From Candidatus Saccharimonadota bacterium (GTDB taxonomy: Bacteria > Patescibacteriota > Gracilibacteria > BD1-5 > UBA2023), in contig BAAFHK010000001.1 in NCBI GenBank assembly GCA_042852035.1, forward strand, positions 600,001 through 632,000: 32,000 bases of DNA. The letters are read 5' to 3'. Below the pieces are notes generated by a model, which did not search any database, was not told where the DNA came from, and saw only the letters and a list, made by a program, of their open reading frames with translations. Made by a program: the position numbers and the translations under genes. This document shows positions 10,869-19,559 of this stretch, piece by piece (the first letter of the stretch is position 1; the number at the start of each line of letters is the position of its first letter).

Positions 10869-10869
10869 T

Positions 10870-11646
10870 TTAACTCCATAATATACTCCGCATCGAAAGC
10901 GATCACATTGTGATTTCTTCGGTTGAAAAAATAGGAGCATCGTCTTCTCGAATCGCTCAAAGGAGAGGAAAAAGTGGTAAAAAATGATCTATCGTTGGAT
11001 GAGCAAGCAAAGAAGATTGTCCCCATTTTTTAAAATGGAGAATATCTTGGTGATCTCTTCCCTCAATAGCTGTCTTTACGCGCCTATCAAATTCTATTGC
11101 CCAATCATGCTGTTTTTGATTGGACCAATCAATTGCTCTTAAATTATGAACAATATTACCACTCCCAATTATTAGTATTCCCTGCTCTCGAAGGATTTGA
11201 AGCTTTTTTCAGAACTCATAATGCCATTCTGGTGATTGAGAGTAGTCAAGACTCATTTGAATCACTGGTATATTTGCATCAGGAAATACGTGTATGAGAG
11301 TAGACCAAGCTCCATGATCTAAACCATGTTCTTCATCTTTTACAAGAGAATACTCAGAAGAAATACTATCGACTATTTCATTTACAATCTCCTTTGATCC
11401 GGGACACTCATACTTTACCCTATAGAGCTCTGGCGGGAAACCATACATATCATATATCATTGCAGGATGATCTGCTGTATTAATGCGTGTTTCCCCTTCA
11501 GTAATCCAATGAGCCGAAAGCATAAGGATAGCCCTCGGAACTACCTTTACGCTATTCCCTATATCTCTCCATGAATCACTGTAGGAATTTTTTTCTATAG
11601 CATTCATAGGGTTTCCATGCCCAATAAAAATAAGTGGTTGTTTCAT
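10870..11646 (-). CDS. Class III extradiol ring-cleavage dioxygenase, 4,5-DOPA dioxygenase (YgiD) family (258 aa)
   Basis: MKQPLIFIGHGNPMNA...LSAHW...MIYDMYGFPPELY...HGLDHGAWS...[TGA=G]KKLQILREQGILIIGSGNIVHNL...AHPTIDHFLPLFPLL[G]A. It ends in TAA at 10870-10872, one nt from the convergent DUF360 stop. Confidence 0.8.
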
Positions 11647-11727
11647 ATAATAACTTTATAATTTAAAGTAAATATATGAATAATATTAAAATATCAAAAC
11701 TCATTCATCAAAAAGTCTTTAGTTTTC

Positions 11728-11755
11728 TTGAAACTCATTCTAAAAAAAATATAAT
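11728..11755 (+). promoter_or_regulatory. Sigma70-like promoter for the radical SAM pair (TTGAAA-N16-TATAAT)
   Basis: TTGAAA lies at 11728-11733 and TATAAT at 11750-11755, about 88 nt upstream of the ATG at 11844. Confidence 0.45.
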
Positions 11756-11843
11756 ACCTCTAGTAAACATTACATAAGAACAAAGAGCCTATACAACTAG
11801 CAATCGTATATCCTCTCCATTATTTATTTCACCAATAAGGAAT

Positions 11844-13337
11844 ATGATAAATTTGGATACGATACGGCAATTGCGAAGTGATAAGATAGGATTTTTTCGT
11901 TTTAGGAGACTTGATAAAGATACCTATCTCATAACTAATGATGGTGGGCAGTATGCACTCCTTACGCTTGAAGAATTTCAATATTTTATAGGAGCTCATA
12001 TAAACTCATCACATCCAAGATATAAAGAACTCCTTACAAAAGGATTTATAAAAGATAGTGAATATAGCAATACTCTTTCCACTGCCATCCAAAAGCGTAA
12101 TCATTTTTTATCGTATGGTCCAGGCCTACATATTATTATTGTAACTCTTCGTTGTAACCACAAATGTCAGTATTGTCATGCGGCGGCGGCACCATCTTCT
12201 GCAAAACAGTTTGACATGACCGAAGATATTGCACGGTCAACTGTGGACACGCTATTTTATAGCCCATTAAATGATATTACTATTGAGTTTCAATGATGAG
12301 AACCACTACTAAATTGGAAAATCGTGCAATTCATTATTGAATATGCAATTACTAAAGCACAGAAGCTAAACAAGAAAGTTCGGTTCGCACTCGTATCGAA
12401 TATGAGCCTCATGGATGAAGAGAAGCTCAGCTATCTCATGAAATACAAGGTATGACTATCAACTTCACTTGATGGAACGGAAGAAATACATAATTATAAT
12501 CGCACCTTCCTTGAATGAAACAGCTTTGAAAGAGTAACTCACTGGATAAAAAGGATTAATGCCCTCTATAATGAGAAGCATCAAAGTGCGTGAATATGAG
12601 CGCTTTTGACGGTAACCAAAAAAACTCTTTCTCAATCAAGAGAAGTGATAGATACCTACCGATCTCTTTGACTTAATTCTATATTTCTTCGAGTCCTCAA
12701 TCCATATGGTTTTGCTGCTTGAGATCTTGAAAAGATAGGATATTCACATGATGAGTTTTTCGAATTTTTCAGAGAATCCCTCAATTACATTATCGAGCTT
12801 AATAAAGCCTGAATCCCCTTTCAGGAATCACATTCGAAAATCTATCTTTCAAAAATTCTTACACCATTTGACCCAAATTTTCTAGATACTAGAAGTCCTT
12901 GCGGAGCATGCATAGGTCAAGTAGCTTACAATTATAATGGAAAAATTTACTCTTGTGATGAATGAAGAATGCTTTCAAGAATGGGTGATGAAATTTTTTA
13001 TATGACTGAAGTTTCTTCTGATGCACGAGAAACTTTCACAAAAATGTGAGAATGTCCAACCACAAAAGCCATGGTACAAATGAGTACTCTCGATGGAATT
13101 CCAGGTTATAATGAAAGCGTATATAAGCCCTATTTATGAGTCTGCCCTATAAATTCTTATAAAACGACATGAAATTGTATTCCAACCTATTCCAAAGATA
13201 GTAAGAGAAAACTTGATGAAAAAATTCTCGATTTCCTCTTTGTTCTCCTCAAAGAAAAAGAAAATGAAAGAATATTTCAAAGTTGGCTAGAGTGAAGCCC
13301 AAAAATGGACGCCAGCTCACAATGTGAAGCATTTTAA
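11844..13337 (+). CDS. Radical SAM / SPASM-domain maturase, HxsB-like (497 aa)
   Basis: The N-terminal ~100 aa include GFFRFRRLDKDTYLITNDGGQY. The CX3CX2C motif reads LRCNHKCQYCH. TIEFQ[G][G]EPLLNW has both Gly encoded by TGA TGA at 12294-12299. Further matches: STSLDGTEEIHNYNR, IFLRVLNPYGFAA, SPASM cysteines SPCGACIGQVAYNYNGKIYSCDE[G]RML and L[G]VCPINSY. The HxsB assignment is from memory of TIGR03978-type sequences. Confidence 0.8.
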
Positions 13338-13346
13338 AATAAAAAT

Positions 13347-14243
13347 ATGAAACGAGTTGACCTAAAAGTAGGCTTTGCCTGCAATAATCATTGTAGCTTT
13401 TGCGTTCAGGGCGATAAAAGATTTCATTATAAACCGAGAAAAATTGAAGAATTAAAAAAAATCATCGATGATGAATATTGATGTGGAGCTCGAGCAATTG
13501 TATTTACTGGCTGAGAGCCAACTCTTCATCCAAATCTTCTAGAGGCAGTAAAATACGCAAAAGACCATTGATACGTTCAAATTCAAATTCAATCAAATGG
13601 AAGAAGCTTCAAAGATAAATCTTATGTATTAGCCCTTATAGAAGCTTGAGTTACAGAATTTGGTCCATCAATTCATGGGTTTCATAAAGAAACCCATGAC
13701 ACTCTCGTATGATCTCCTTGAGCATGGGAGGAGGTAATGCAGTGACTTCTTGTTCTTCAATCGCTCCATCAAATAATTATCATTAACTCTGTTATTACCC
13801 AGTCAAACTACAAAGAAATCCCCCTTCTTGCAAAATTACTTATTAAAATAGGAATTATTTATTTTCAATTTGCATACGTCCACATTCTCTGAAGTGCTGC
13901 AAAAAATAAAAATAGTGTTCCTCCTCGAAAATCAGAAATTATGCCCTATATTTACAAGGCACTTGATATAGCAAAAACATACAAAGCAAGAATGCTTACC
14001 GAAGCAATCCCCTATTGTTTCATGCAAGGATATGAATATGCTATTTCTGAGAATACAACACCGAATACTACTGTTGTAGATGCAGAAATACGAACCAATG
14101 ACTATGAGGAATATCGTATTAATGAAGGAAAGGCAAAGCATGAAAAATGCAAAAAATGCATACGAAACAATATCTGTGAATGACCTTGGCGCGAGTATCC
14201 AGAAATCTACTGATGGGATGAATTTATCCCTATCATTTCCTAA
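13347..14243 (+). CDS. Second radical SAM enzyme of the pair (298 aa), Cys-rich C-terminus
   Basis: The sequence contains KVGFACNNHCSFCVQG (CX3CX2C), IVFTG[G]EPTLHP, IQIQSNGR and PSIHGFHKETHD. The C-terminus reads HEKCKKCIRNNICE[G]PWREYPEIY[G]WDEFIPI. It starts 10 nt after the first enzyme's stop. Confidence 0.8.
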
Positions 14244-14269
14244 GTATACAATCTCAATCTTAATAGATT

Positions 14270-14313
14270 AAATAGGCCCAAAAGAGATATTCTCTTTTGG
14301 GCCTATTTTTTGA
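14270..14313. terminator. Strong bidirectional terminator between the radical SAM pair and ileS
   Basis: Perfect 18-bp arms AAATAGGCCCAAAAGAGA (14270-14287) and TCTCTTTTGGGCCTATTT (14291-14308) are followed by TTTT. An A-rich run on the other side serves the opposite strand. Confidence 0.75.
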
Positions 14314-14335
14314 GAGTTTATGAAGAATTCTGATT

Positions 14336-17300
14336 TTATCGTTTGATAGCTATCTGGATTACGTTATCTTCATCGATTGCCTCTTCCCTCATAGCATCAG
14401 GCAGATCAATCTGTGAGACCAATTTTGAAAGCGTTTCACTCTCGATGAGTGACCCGAAATTTTGAAGAATCGTTTCACTTTCTTCTCATATGATTGAAAG
14501 ACTTATGCGATCAGTAACATTATAATTTGCTTCCTTTCTCATATCTTGTATGAGTCGGATAATATCACGAGCATATCCTTCGATTTTGAGTGCTTCTGTA
14601 ATCTCAGTATTCATGGCAAGCACCATTCCGTATCCACCAATAACATCTCCGACTCACTCAAGAGGAAGATATTCAAGGACGTACTCCCCTACTTCGAGAA
14701 CAAAGTTTCCTACTTGAAGTCTGCCACCATCCAGTTCTTCGAATTCCCCATTCTTTGCTCTAACAATTATTGACTGAACATCTTTTCCATATTTCGGACC
14801 AATTTTCTTTGCATCAGGCTTTGCAATTTTCTTTGCAAGTTTCTCTGGATTTTCAAGTTTTATACTCTTAACATTTAACTCATCTCGAATTATAGATTGA
14901 TAATACTCACTTAATTCAGCCGTAATAGTAACAGATTCGAGTGGTTGGCGTACTCGGATATTTTTCGATGACCTAAGAGCAAGACCGAGGGAAACAATAT
15001 GTTCACATCTCTCCATATCCCGATTAAGCTCACTATCGATAAGGTGACGATTCGGAAAGGTGACATACTCGAGATGGACCGACTCACGATTTGTAAGGCC
15101 CTTATAAACACTTTCCGAGAGAAATGGCATATATGGTGCCATAAGTTTCGAGAGTTCAATGAGAACGGTATGTAACGTTGAATATGCTGACCCCTTATCG
15201 TCACTCATTCCAGATTCCCAAAAACGCCGGCGAGAAAGTCGTACATACCAATTCGTGAGGTGATCCATATAATCTACGATAGAACGACATGCCCGGGAAA
15301 CATCATATGAATCCATAGCATCATGTACTTGCCCGAGAAGCACTTGAAGCTTCGAGAGAATCCAGCGATCGAGTGGATTAACTAGCTTTGTCGTCATAAG
15401 CCTATACGGATCAGCATTTCCTATTATTGTACGAAAGTGAGCTTGCTCTTCTCATTGCCCAAAGTACTGGTTTAGTACTGGTCGCGATGTGCCAGCATGA
15501 GCAACGATAAGAACTCGTTTTCATTTATATTTCTCAAGAAGTTCCGTATATGCACCGATAATTCTCGATTCAAATTGCTCCACATTCTCAAGGGAATTAT
15601 TTTTATAAATTTTCCGAAGCTCAAAGTGACTTGAGTCAGGAGGGAGTCAGGCAAGCTCTAAGATTTCTTTATGAGTCTTTCCAGCGTACTCTCCTGCTTG
15701 GTGTTCGGCGAACTTATCGTCTTCAGAATATTCTCAATGAAATCAAATTTCATCACCAATAAGATGGGCCGTATCACGTGCACGAATCTTTGAAGTATGT
15801 ACAATTACGTCAAAGCTTTTTCCCATTTCTCTGAATTTTTGTCAGGCACTTCTTGCTTGTTCTTTACCTTTCTCAGTTAACTCAGGATCATCCGTTCCAT
15901 CACTCATACGACCAGCAGCATTTGAGGTACTCTCTCCGTGACGAGTAAACCAAACTTCGGTATCATCAGGGGTCCATCCATCGATATTCGCATAGGTCGT
16001 AAAAAAACTATACGTGTTCCAGAGTGGCAGCATTACTCCTTTCACGGTGTCGATTATCTGTTCCTCTTTAAAATCCATATCTCCACCTGAAAGCAGTGGA
16101 CTATTGAGCATATAGAATCGAATTGGATCTGCGCCATATTTTTCAATTGTCGCACGTGGATCAGGATAGTTTCCATAAGATTTCGACATTTTTCGACCAT
16201 CATTTCCATTAATCACCCCAGTAGTGATAACATTGGTAAATGATGGGGTAGGATTTGGCTCATTATTTGGGTTTACGAGCACCCCAAGAACATGCATCAC
16301 ATAGAACCATGCACGCACCTGCCCAACATATTCAGCGATGAAATCTGCTGGAAAACTTGCCTCCATATCCTTTTTATTCTCGAATGGATAGTGCATTTGT
16401 GCATATGGCATAGACCCAGAATCCATCCAAACATCAAGAACCTCAGGTATACGAGTAAGTGGCTCTCCATGAAGTATAAGTCACTCGATGAGCTTACTTT
16501 CATTGATGTTAAAATGTCCATATCCATTAACCTTTATCGCAAATCATCCAGTCGTTTCGATGAGATTTTTTGATGCCTCAACTCTACCCTCTTTATCATC
16601 GAGAGAATATAGAATAATTACCTCTTCAACATATTTCTTTAAAAAACTCATGTCCGCTTGGAGGTGTGAAAAAAATTCTTGTAATCGCTCATGCTTTCCT
16701 TCTGGTGGAGCAACTAAGACAAGCCTCTTTAAGGAAATTTTATTTTTAATGAGCATATCAATCGAGAACCTACAACCAAGTGAGTGAGCAAATAGAGTAT
16801 CAACTCAATCAATATTCTCAGTAAATACTTTTTCCCAGGTCTCATAATTTACATTTTCTCCCATCTCGAAAGTAGGACAAGAAATCTCGATTCATTGTTC
16901 CTGAAGATTCTTGAGTGTTTGATTAAAGAAATCCACTACACTCTCAGTTCTTCGGAATCAGTGTATGCCGAGTACTTTCTTTGGTTTTCTGGCATTTTTT
17001 GGTGCAAGAAGAATAGAATCAATATAGGGTTTATGAAGATTAAATTCTATTCCATCAAATTCTCCTCACTTAAAAAAGTATTTTTTATCTCCTTCTATTT
17101 CGCGTCTTTCAAGTTGTCCATAAGCCTCATTCAGCTCAAAAATTTGATCTCGTGAAGATACAACCACTCTCTCTGAGGCATCCTTATTTTGCCACACTGG
17201 CATCGGAGCCCCCCAGTATCTGGTACGAGAAATACACCAATCTGGCGCAGACTCGATTCATTTTGCAAATCTTCCGAACTTAAGATGCTCTGGGAACCAA

Positions 17301-18601
17301 TTAATCTGTTCATTTGCGTTAAGAAGCTTCTCTTTCTGTGATTGGATATCAATAAACCAAGATTTCTGTGCCTTCTGGACGAGTGGAGTTGCTGATCTCG
17401 GACAAAATGGAACACGGTGAGTAATTCCCTCATTTTTAAAGAGAGTTCCATTCTCCTTCATTCGTTCGATATTTACCCTATTGGCTTCTTGGTAGTGAAG
17501 TCCTTCATAGTCGAAAATCTGAGATGTGTACTTCCCTGCTTCATCCATCGCTTCGGAGATAAAAATCCCCTCCTTTTTCGCAAGCTGAAAGTCAACATCA
17601 CCGAATTCTGGTGCCTCATGTCAGATACCAGTACCATCCGTATCTGTGATAAAATCTGCATGATAGATCTTGTGGTTCTTCTCGCCATTTTTCTGATAAT
17701 AATACTCTGGAAATGGTGGGATATATCCGAGTCAAACGAGCTCACTCCCCTGAAATTCTCGCTCAACACTATATTCCCCTTTTCACTTGAATACACTTTC
17801 TGCTCGATTTTTCGCGACTATCATATACTCCCCATTGTATGTTATGAGGACATAATCAATATCATTTCTCACTGCAAGGGCCATATTCGCAGGTATAGTC
17901 CAGGGAGTTGTCGTCCAGGCAAGTGCCTTCGTTCCTTCTGGGAATCGATCATTTGGTTCGAGTTCGAATTTCACGGTAATCGCTGGATCATTGACCTCCT
18001 GATACGTATCATCCATCGCAACTTCAAAGTTCGAAATCGGTGTCCCGAGTTTCCAACTATAGAGTGATACTCGTTTTCCTTCATAAATAAGACCCTTATC
18101 CCAAAGTTGCTGAAATACCCACATTACCGATTCCATATATTCTTGGTCCATCGTACGATAGGCTCGGTCCATATCGACCCAACGTCCAATTTTATCAATA
18201 TACCAGTCCCACTCAGCTGAAGTTGATTGTGTGTATTCATAACATCCATCAATAAATTCTTTCACGCCACGCTCTTCGATTTCTTTATTTGATGCAAGTC
18301 AGAGTTTCTTCTGAACTTTCTCTTCGATCGGGAGACCATGACAATCCCATCCCCAAACACGATCAACACGCTTCCCACGCATTGTCCAATATCGTCCCAC
18401 TACATCTTTAACTATAGACGAGAGGAGTGAACCATAGTGTGGCGTCCCCGTAATAAATGGAGGACCATCATAGAATCGATATGGATTATCCTCAGGACGT
18501 GAATCAATAGATTTCTTAAAAGTATTATTTGCTTTCCAGTAAGCAAGAACTTCACTTTCAAGTGCTGGGAATGATTGTTTTGGAGAAATAGAAGGAAACA
18601 T
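14336..18601 (-). CDS. ileS: Isoleucine--tRNA ligase (type 2 / eukaryote-like) of 1421 aa carrying two inserted enzyme domains
   Basis: ORF-track pieces 18299..18601, 17783..18265, 17258..17548, 16544..16756, 15842..16426 and 14654..15397 are all in one frame and are joined only through TGA. IleS motifs present: FYDGPPFITGTPHYGS, WGWDCHGLPIE, WCISRTRYWGAPMPVW, NLHKPYID, DVWMDSGSMPYAQ, GRKMSKSYGN, PLWNTYSFF, NPLDRWILS, LTNWYVRLSRRRFW. The stop is TAA at 14336-14338. Confidence 0.9.
15398..15961 (-). other. In-frame insertion 2 inside IleS: complete histidine phosphatase (phosphoglycerate-mutase/CobC-like) domain, about 188 aa
   Basis: It lies between IleS ...FFTTYANIDGWTPDD and ...VNPLDRWILS. 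The sequence is EVWFTRHGESTSNAAGR (RHGES at 15929-15943)...LTEKGKEQARSA[G]...FDVIVHTSKIRARDTAHLI...AEHQAGEYAGKT...ESRII...RVLIVAHAGTSRPVL (second catalytic His at 15497-15499). Confidence 0.7.
16478..17005 (-). other. In-frame insertion 1 inside IleS: complete small alpha/beta serine hydrolase domain (YdeN/RBBP9-like), about 175 aa
   Basis: It lies between the IleS motifs HKPYIDSI and GEPLTRIPEVLDVWMDSG. The sequence is ...KKVLGIH[G]FRRTES...VDTLFAHSLGC (nucleophile elbow, 16772-16789)...LVLVAPP...VIILYSLDDKEGRV...VNGYGHF, i.e. a Ser/Asp/His triad in the canonical order. Confidence 0.7.
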
Positions 18602-18743
18602 AAGACAATAAAAGTATGAATTATAAATTATTATTTTTTATAAACTGTTCTACTAGGGTTCACTTAGCATTAAAACAATTTCCCCCCGATGGCATTGTAC
18701 AAACTAACATTTCTGAGTCAGAAAATTTTTGGAGGTATGCTTT

Positions 18744-19079
18744 TTTATCACTGAATTTTTCAGTAATATTATCTTCCATAACTTCAAAGTCAGGAAGACT
18801 CGTTCAAGAAGATATATAGAAACTTGTGACTCAACCTATTGAACCTGTTGAATCTCATAATCCACCATAAAGATCGCGAACTGAAATCTCAGAAAAAACA
18901 AATTCTTTTCTTTCATCTTTCTTTATGTTCGCATCTTGGGAAGGGTTGAGAAGTTCAGGCTTTTTTGTCTCTGATTCTCGATTAGATGAAGAGTCTTGTG
19001 GTAATTTTGTACAAGCTGAGATAAGCAGAATGAGACTGAGGGACAGGGCGAAATAGATGAGAGTAAAGGAATGTTTCAT
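18744..19079 (-). CDS. Small lipoprotein (111 aa)
   Basis: MKHSFTLIYFALSLSLILLISAC-TKLPQDSSSN... has a signal peptide plus lipobox (LISAC). The frame continues through TGAs to TAA at 18744-18746. Confidence 0.55.
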
Positions 19080-19111
19080 AGGTATGTAGAGTAAATAAAG
19101 GAATATAAGAT

Positions 19112-19345
19112 CTATAATATCCAGTAATTTATAACCCCGAAAAGGACTATAACAGCGATAAAAATTGTTGTGATAAATATTCACCATTGCTTTGCTTCTT
19201 TTGCAGCTTTCCAAGAACTATATATCCAAAATATCTGTGCTACTAGGTTAAAAATCAATCAGTATTCTGGCATTTTAAGGCTCATAAAGAGAAATCCTGA
19301 AATCGTAAATCATGTAAGTCATACCTGCATTATAGCATTCAACAT
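19112..19345 (-). CDS. Small hydrophobic protein, about 3 TM (up to 77 aa; the start may instead be the ATG at 19328-19330)
   Basis: The sequence is MLNAIMQV[G]LT[G]FTISGFLFMSLKMPEY[G]LIFNLVAQIFWIYSSWKAAKEAKQW[G]IFITTIFIAVIVLFGVINYWIL, ending in TAG at 19112-19114. It begins immediately after the T-box terminator. No family was recognised. Confidence 0.4.
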
Positions 19346-19527
19346 AAAAAGCACACATTAATAAATTGTGTGCTTTTGGCTCTCTTTCGAGAGAGGTACC
19401 ACCGAAAGCTGATGCTTAATGTAGATTTTTTGACGAAGCATTTCAGCTTCGGACAGGTCTAATCTGCACATAGGCATTTCTTCTGTCAGCTCGCGGGTGA
19501 TAGCCGCGTGGGACGCTTTTGATTAGG
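19346..19527 (-). promoter_or_regulatory. T-box riboswitch leader, Ile-specific (AUC specifier), with antiterminator/terminator switch
   Basis: On the minus-strand RNA the T-box core ...GCUUUCGGUGGUACCUCUCUCGAAAGAGAGCCAAAAGC... has GGUGGUACC at plus 19395-19403. It folds as helix A1 (CUUUCGG/CCAAAAG), a 7-nt bulge UGGUACC and helix A2 (CUCUC-GAAA-GAGAG). The A1 3' strand overlaps the 5' arm of the terminator AAAAGCACACA-AUUUAUUAA-UGUGUGCUUUU+U (19346-19376). The upstream hairpin CGCGG-CUAUCAC-CCGCG (19492-19508) displays AUC followed by A in its loop (codon = plus 19499-19501). Local GC content is clearly above background. ileS lies downstream in the same orientation. Confidence 0.7.
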
Positions 19528-19530
19528 GTT

Positions 19531-19557
19531 AGTATAATGAAAATAAAGGAAATGCAA
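19531..19557 (-). promoter_or_regulatory. Candidate promoter driving the T-box leader (TTGCAT-N15-TATACT)
   Basis: On the minus strand TTGCAT lies at 19552-19557 and TATACT at 19531-19536. It overlaps only the end of the upstream gene. Confidence 0.4.
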
Positions 19558-19559
19558 GA

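Noticed and set aside
11676-11777. A 33-aa plus-strand ORF (MNNIKISKLIHQKVFSFLETHSKKNIIPLVNIT) upstream of the radical SAM pair was considered as a candidate precursor peptide.
   Set aside because: It starts upstream of the predicted promoter (11728-11755) and spans it. It has no Cys, no His-Xaa-Ser repeats and no leader/core organisation. ORFs of this length are expected by chance in AT-rich intergenic DNA.
15398-17005. The two large insertions in IleS could be inteins or an assembly chimera.
   Set aside because: There are no intein splice-junction motifs or homing-endonuclease blocks. The inserts are recognisable hydrolase and histidine-phosphatase folds, and the host sequence resumes exactly at the expected conserved motifs in the same frame. 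Misassembly cannot be excluded without reads, but clean in-frame junctions at both ends of both inserts make it unlikely.
17417-18067. Long plus-strand ORFs from the track: the 216-aa ORF here, and similar ORFs at 641..955, 16488..16787, 20502..20927, 20804..21232, 1205..1516 and 4710..5015.
   Set aside because: They lie antisense to, or out of frame with, strongly supported genes (ileS, dnaG, HEPN-CBS, mscS). Their composition is low-complexity and Phe/Ile/Ser/Cys-rich, typical of shadow ORFs in AT-rich DNA.
14654-18601. ileS and most other genes appear as strings of short ORFs in the supplied track, which could be read as pseudogenes or frameshifted, decaying genes.
   Set aside because: All pieces of each gene are in one frame. 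The only interrupting codon is TGA, and it falls on conserved Gly positions. This is codon reassignment, not gene decay.
18602-18743. The 142-nt region directly upstream of ileS was considered as the site of a T-box or another leader.
   Set aside because: It is AT-rich, has only a weak 7-bp palindrome (TTTCTGA-G-TCAGAAA) and contains no T-box core. The real T-box lies further upstream at 19346-19527.
19346-19527. The structured, GC-enriched RNA was first considered as SRP (4.5S) RNA, 6S RNA, an FMN riboswitch (because of CCCGCGAGC) or a glycine riboswitch.
   Set aside because: There is no GNRA-capped helix-8 with the SRP AGCA/GGAA loops and no 6S-type central bubble. The remaining FMN and glycine consensus blocks are absent or out of order. 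The GGUGGUACC bulge, the antiterminator/terminator overlap, the AUC specifier loop and the downstream ileS fit a T-box much better.
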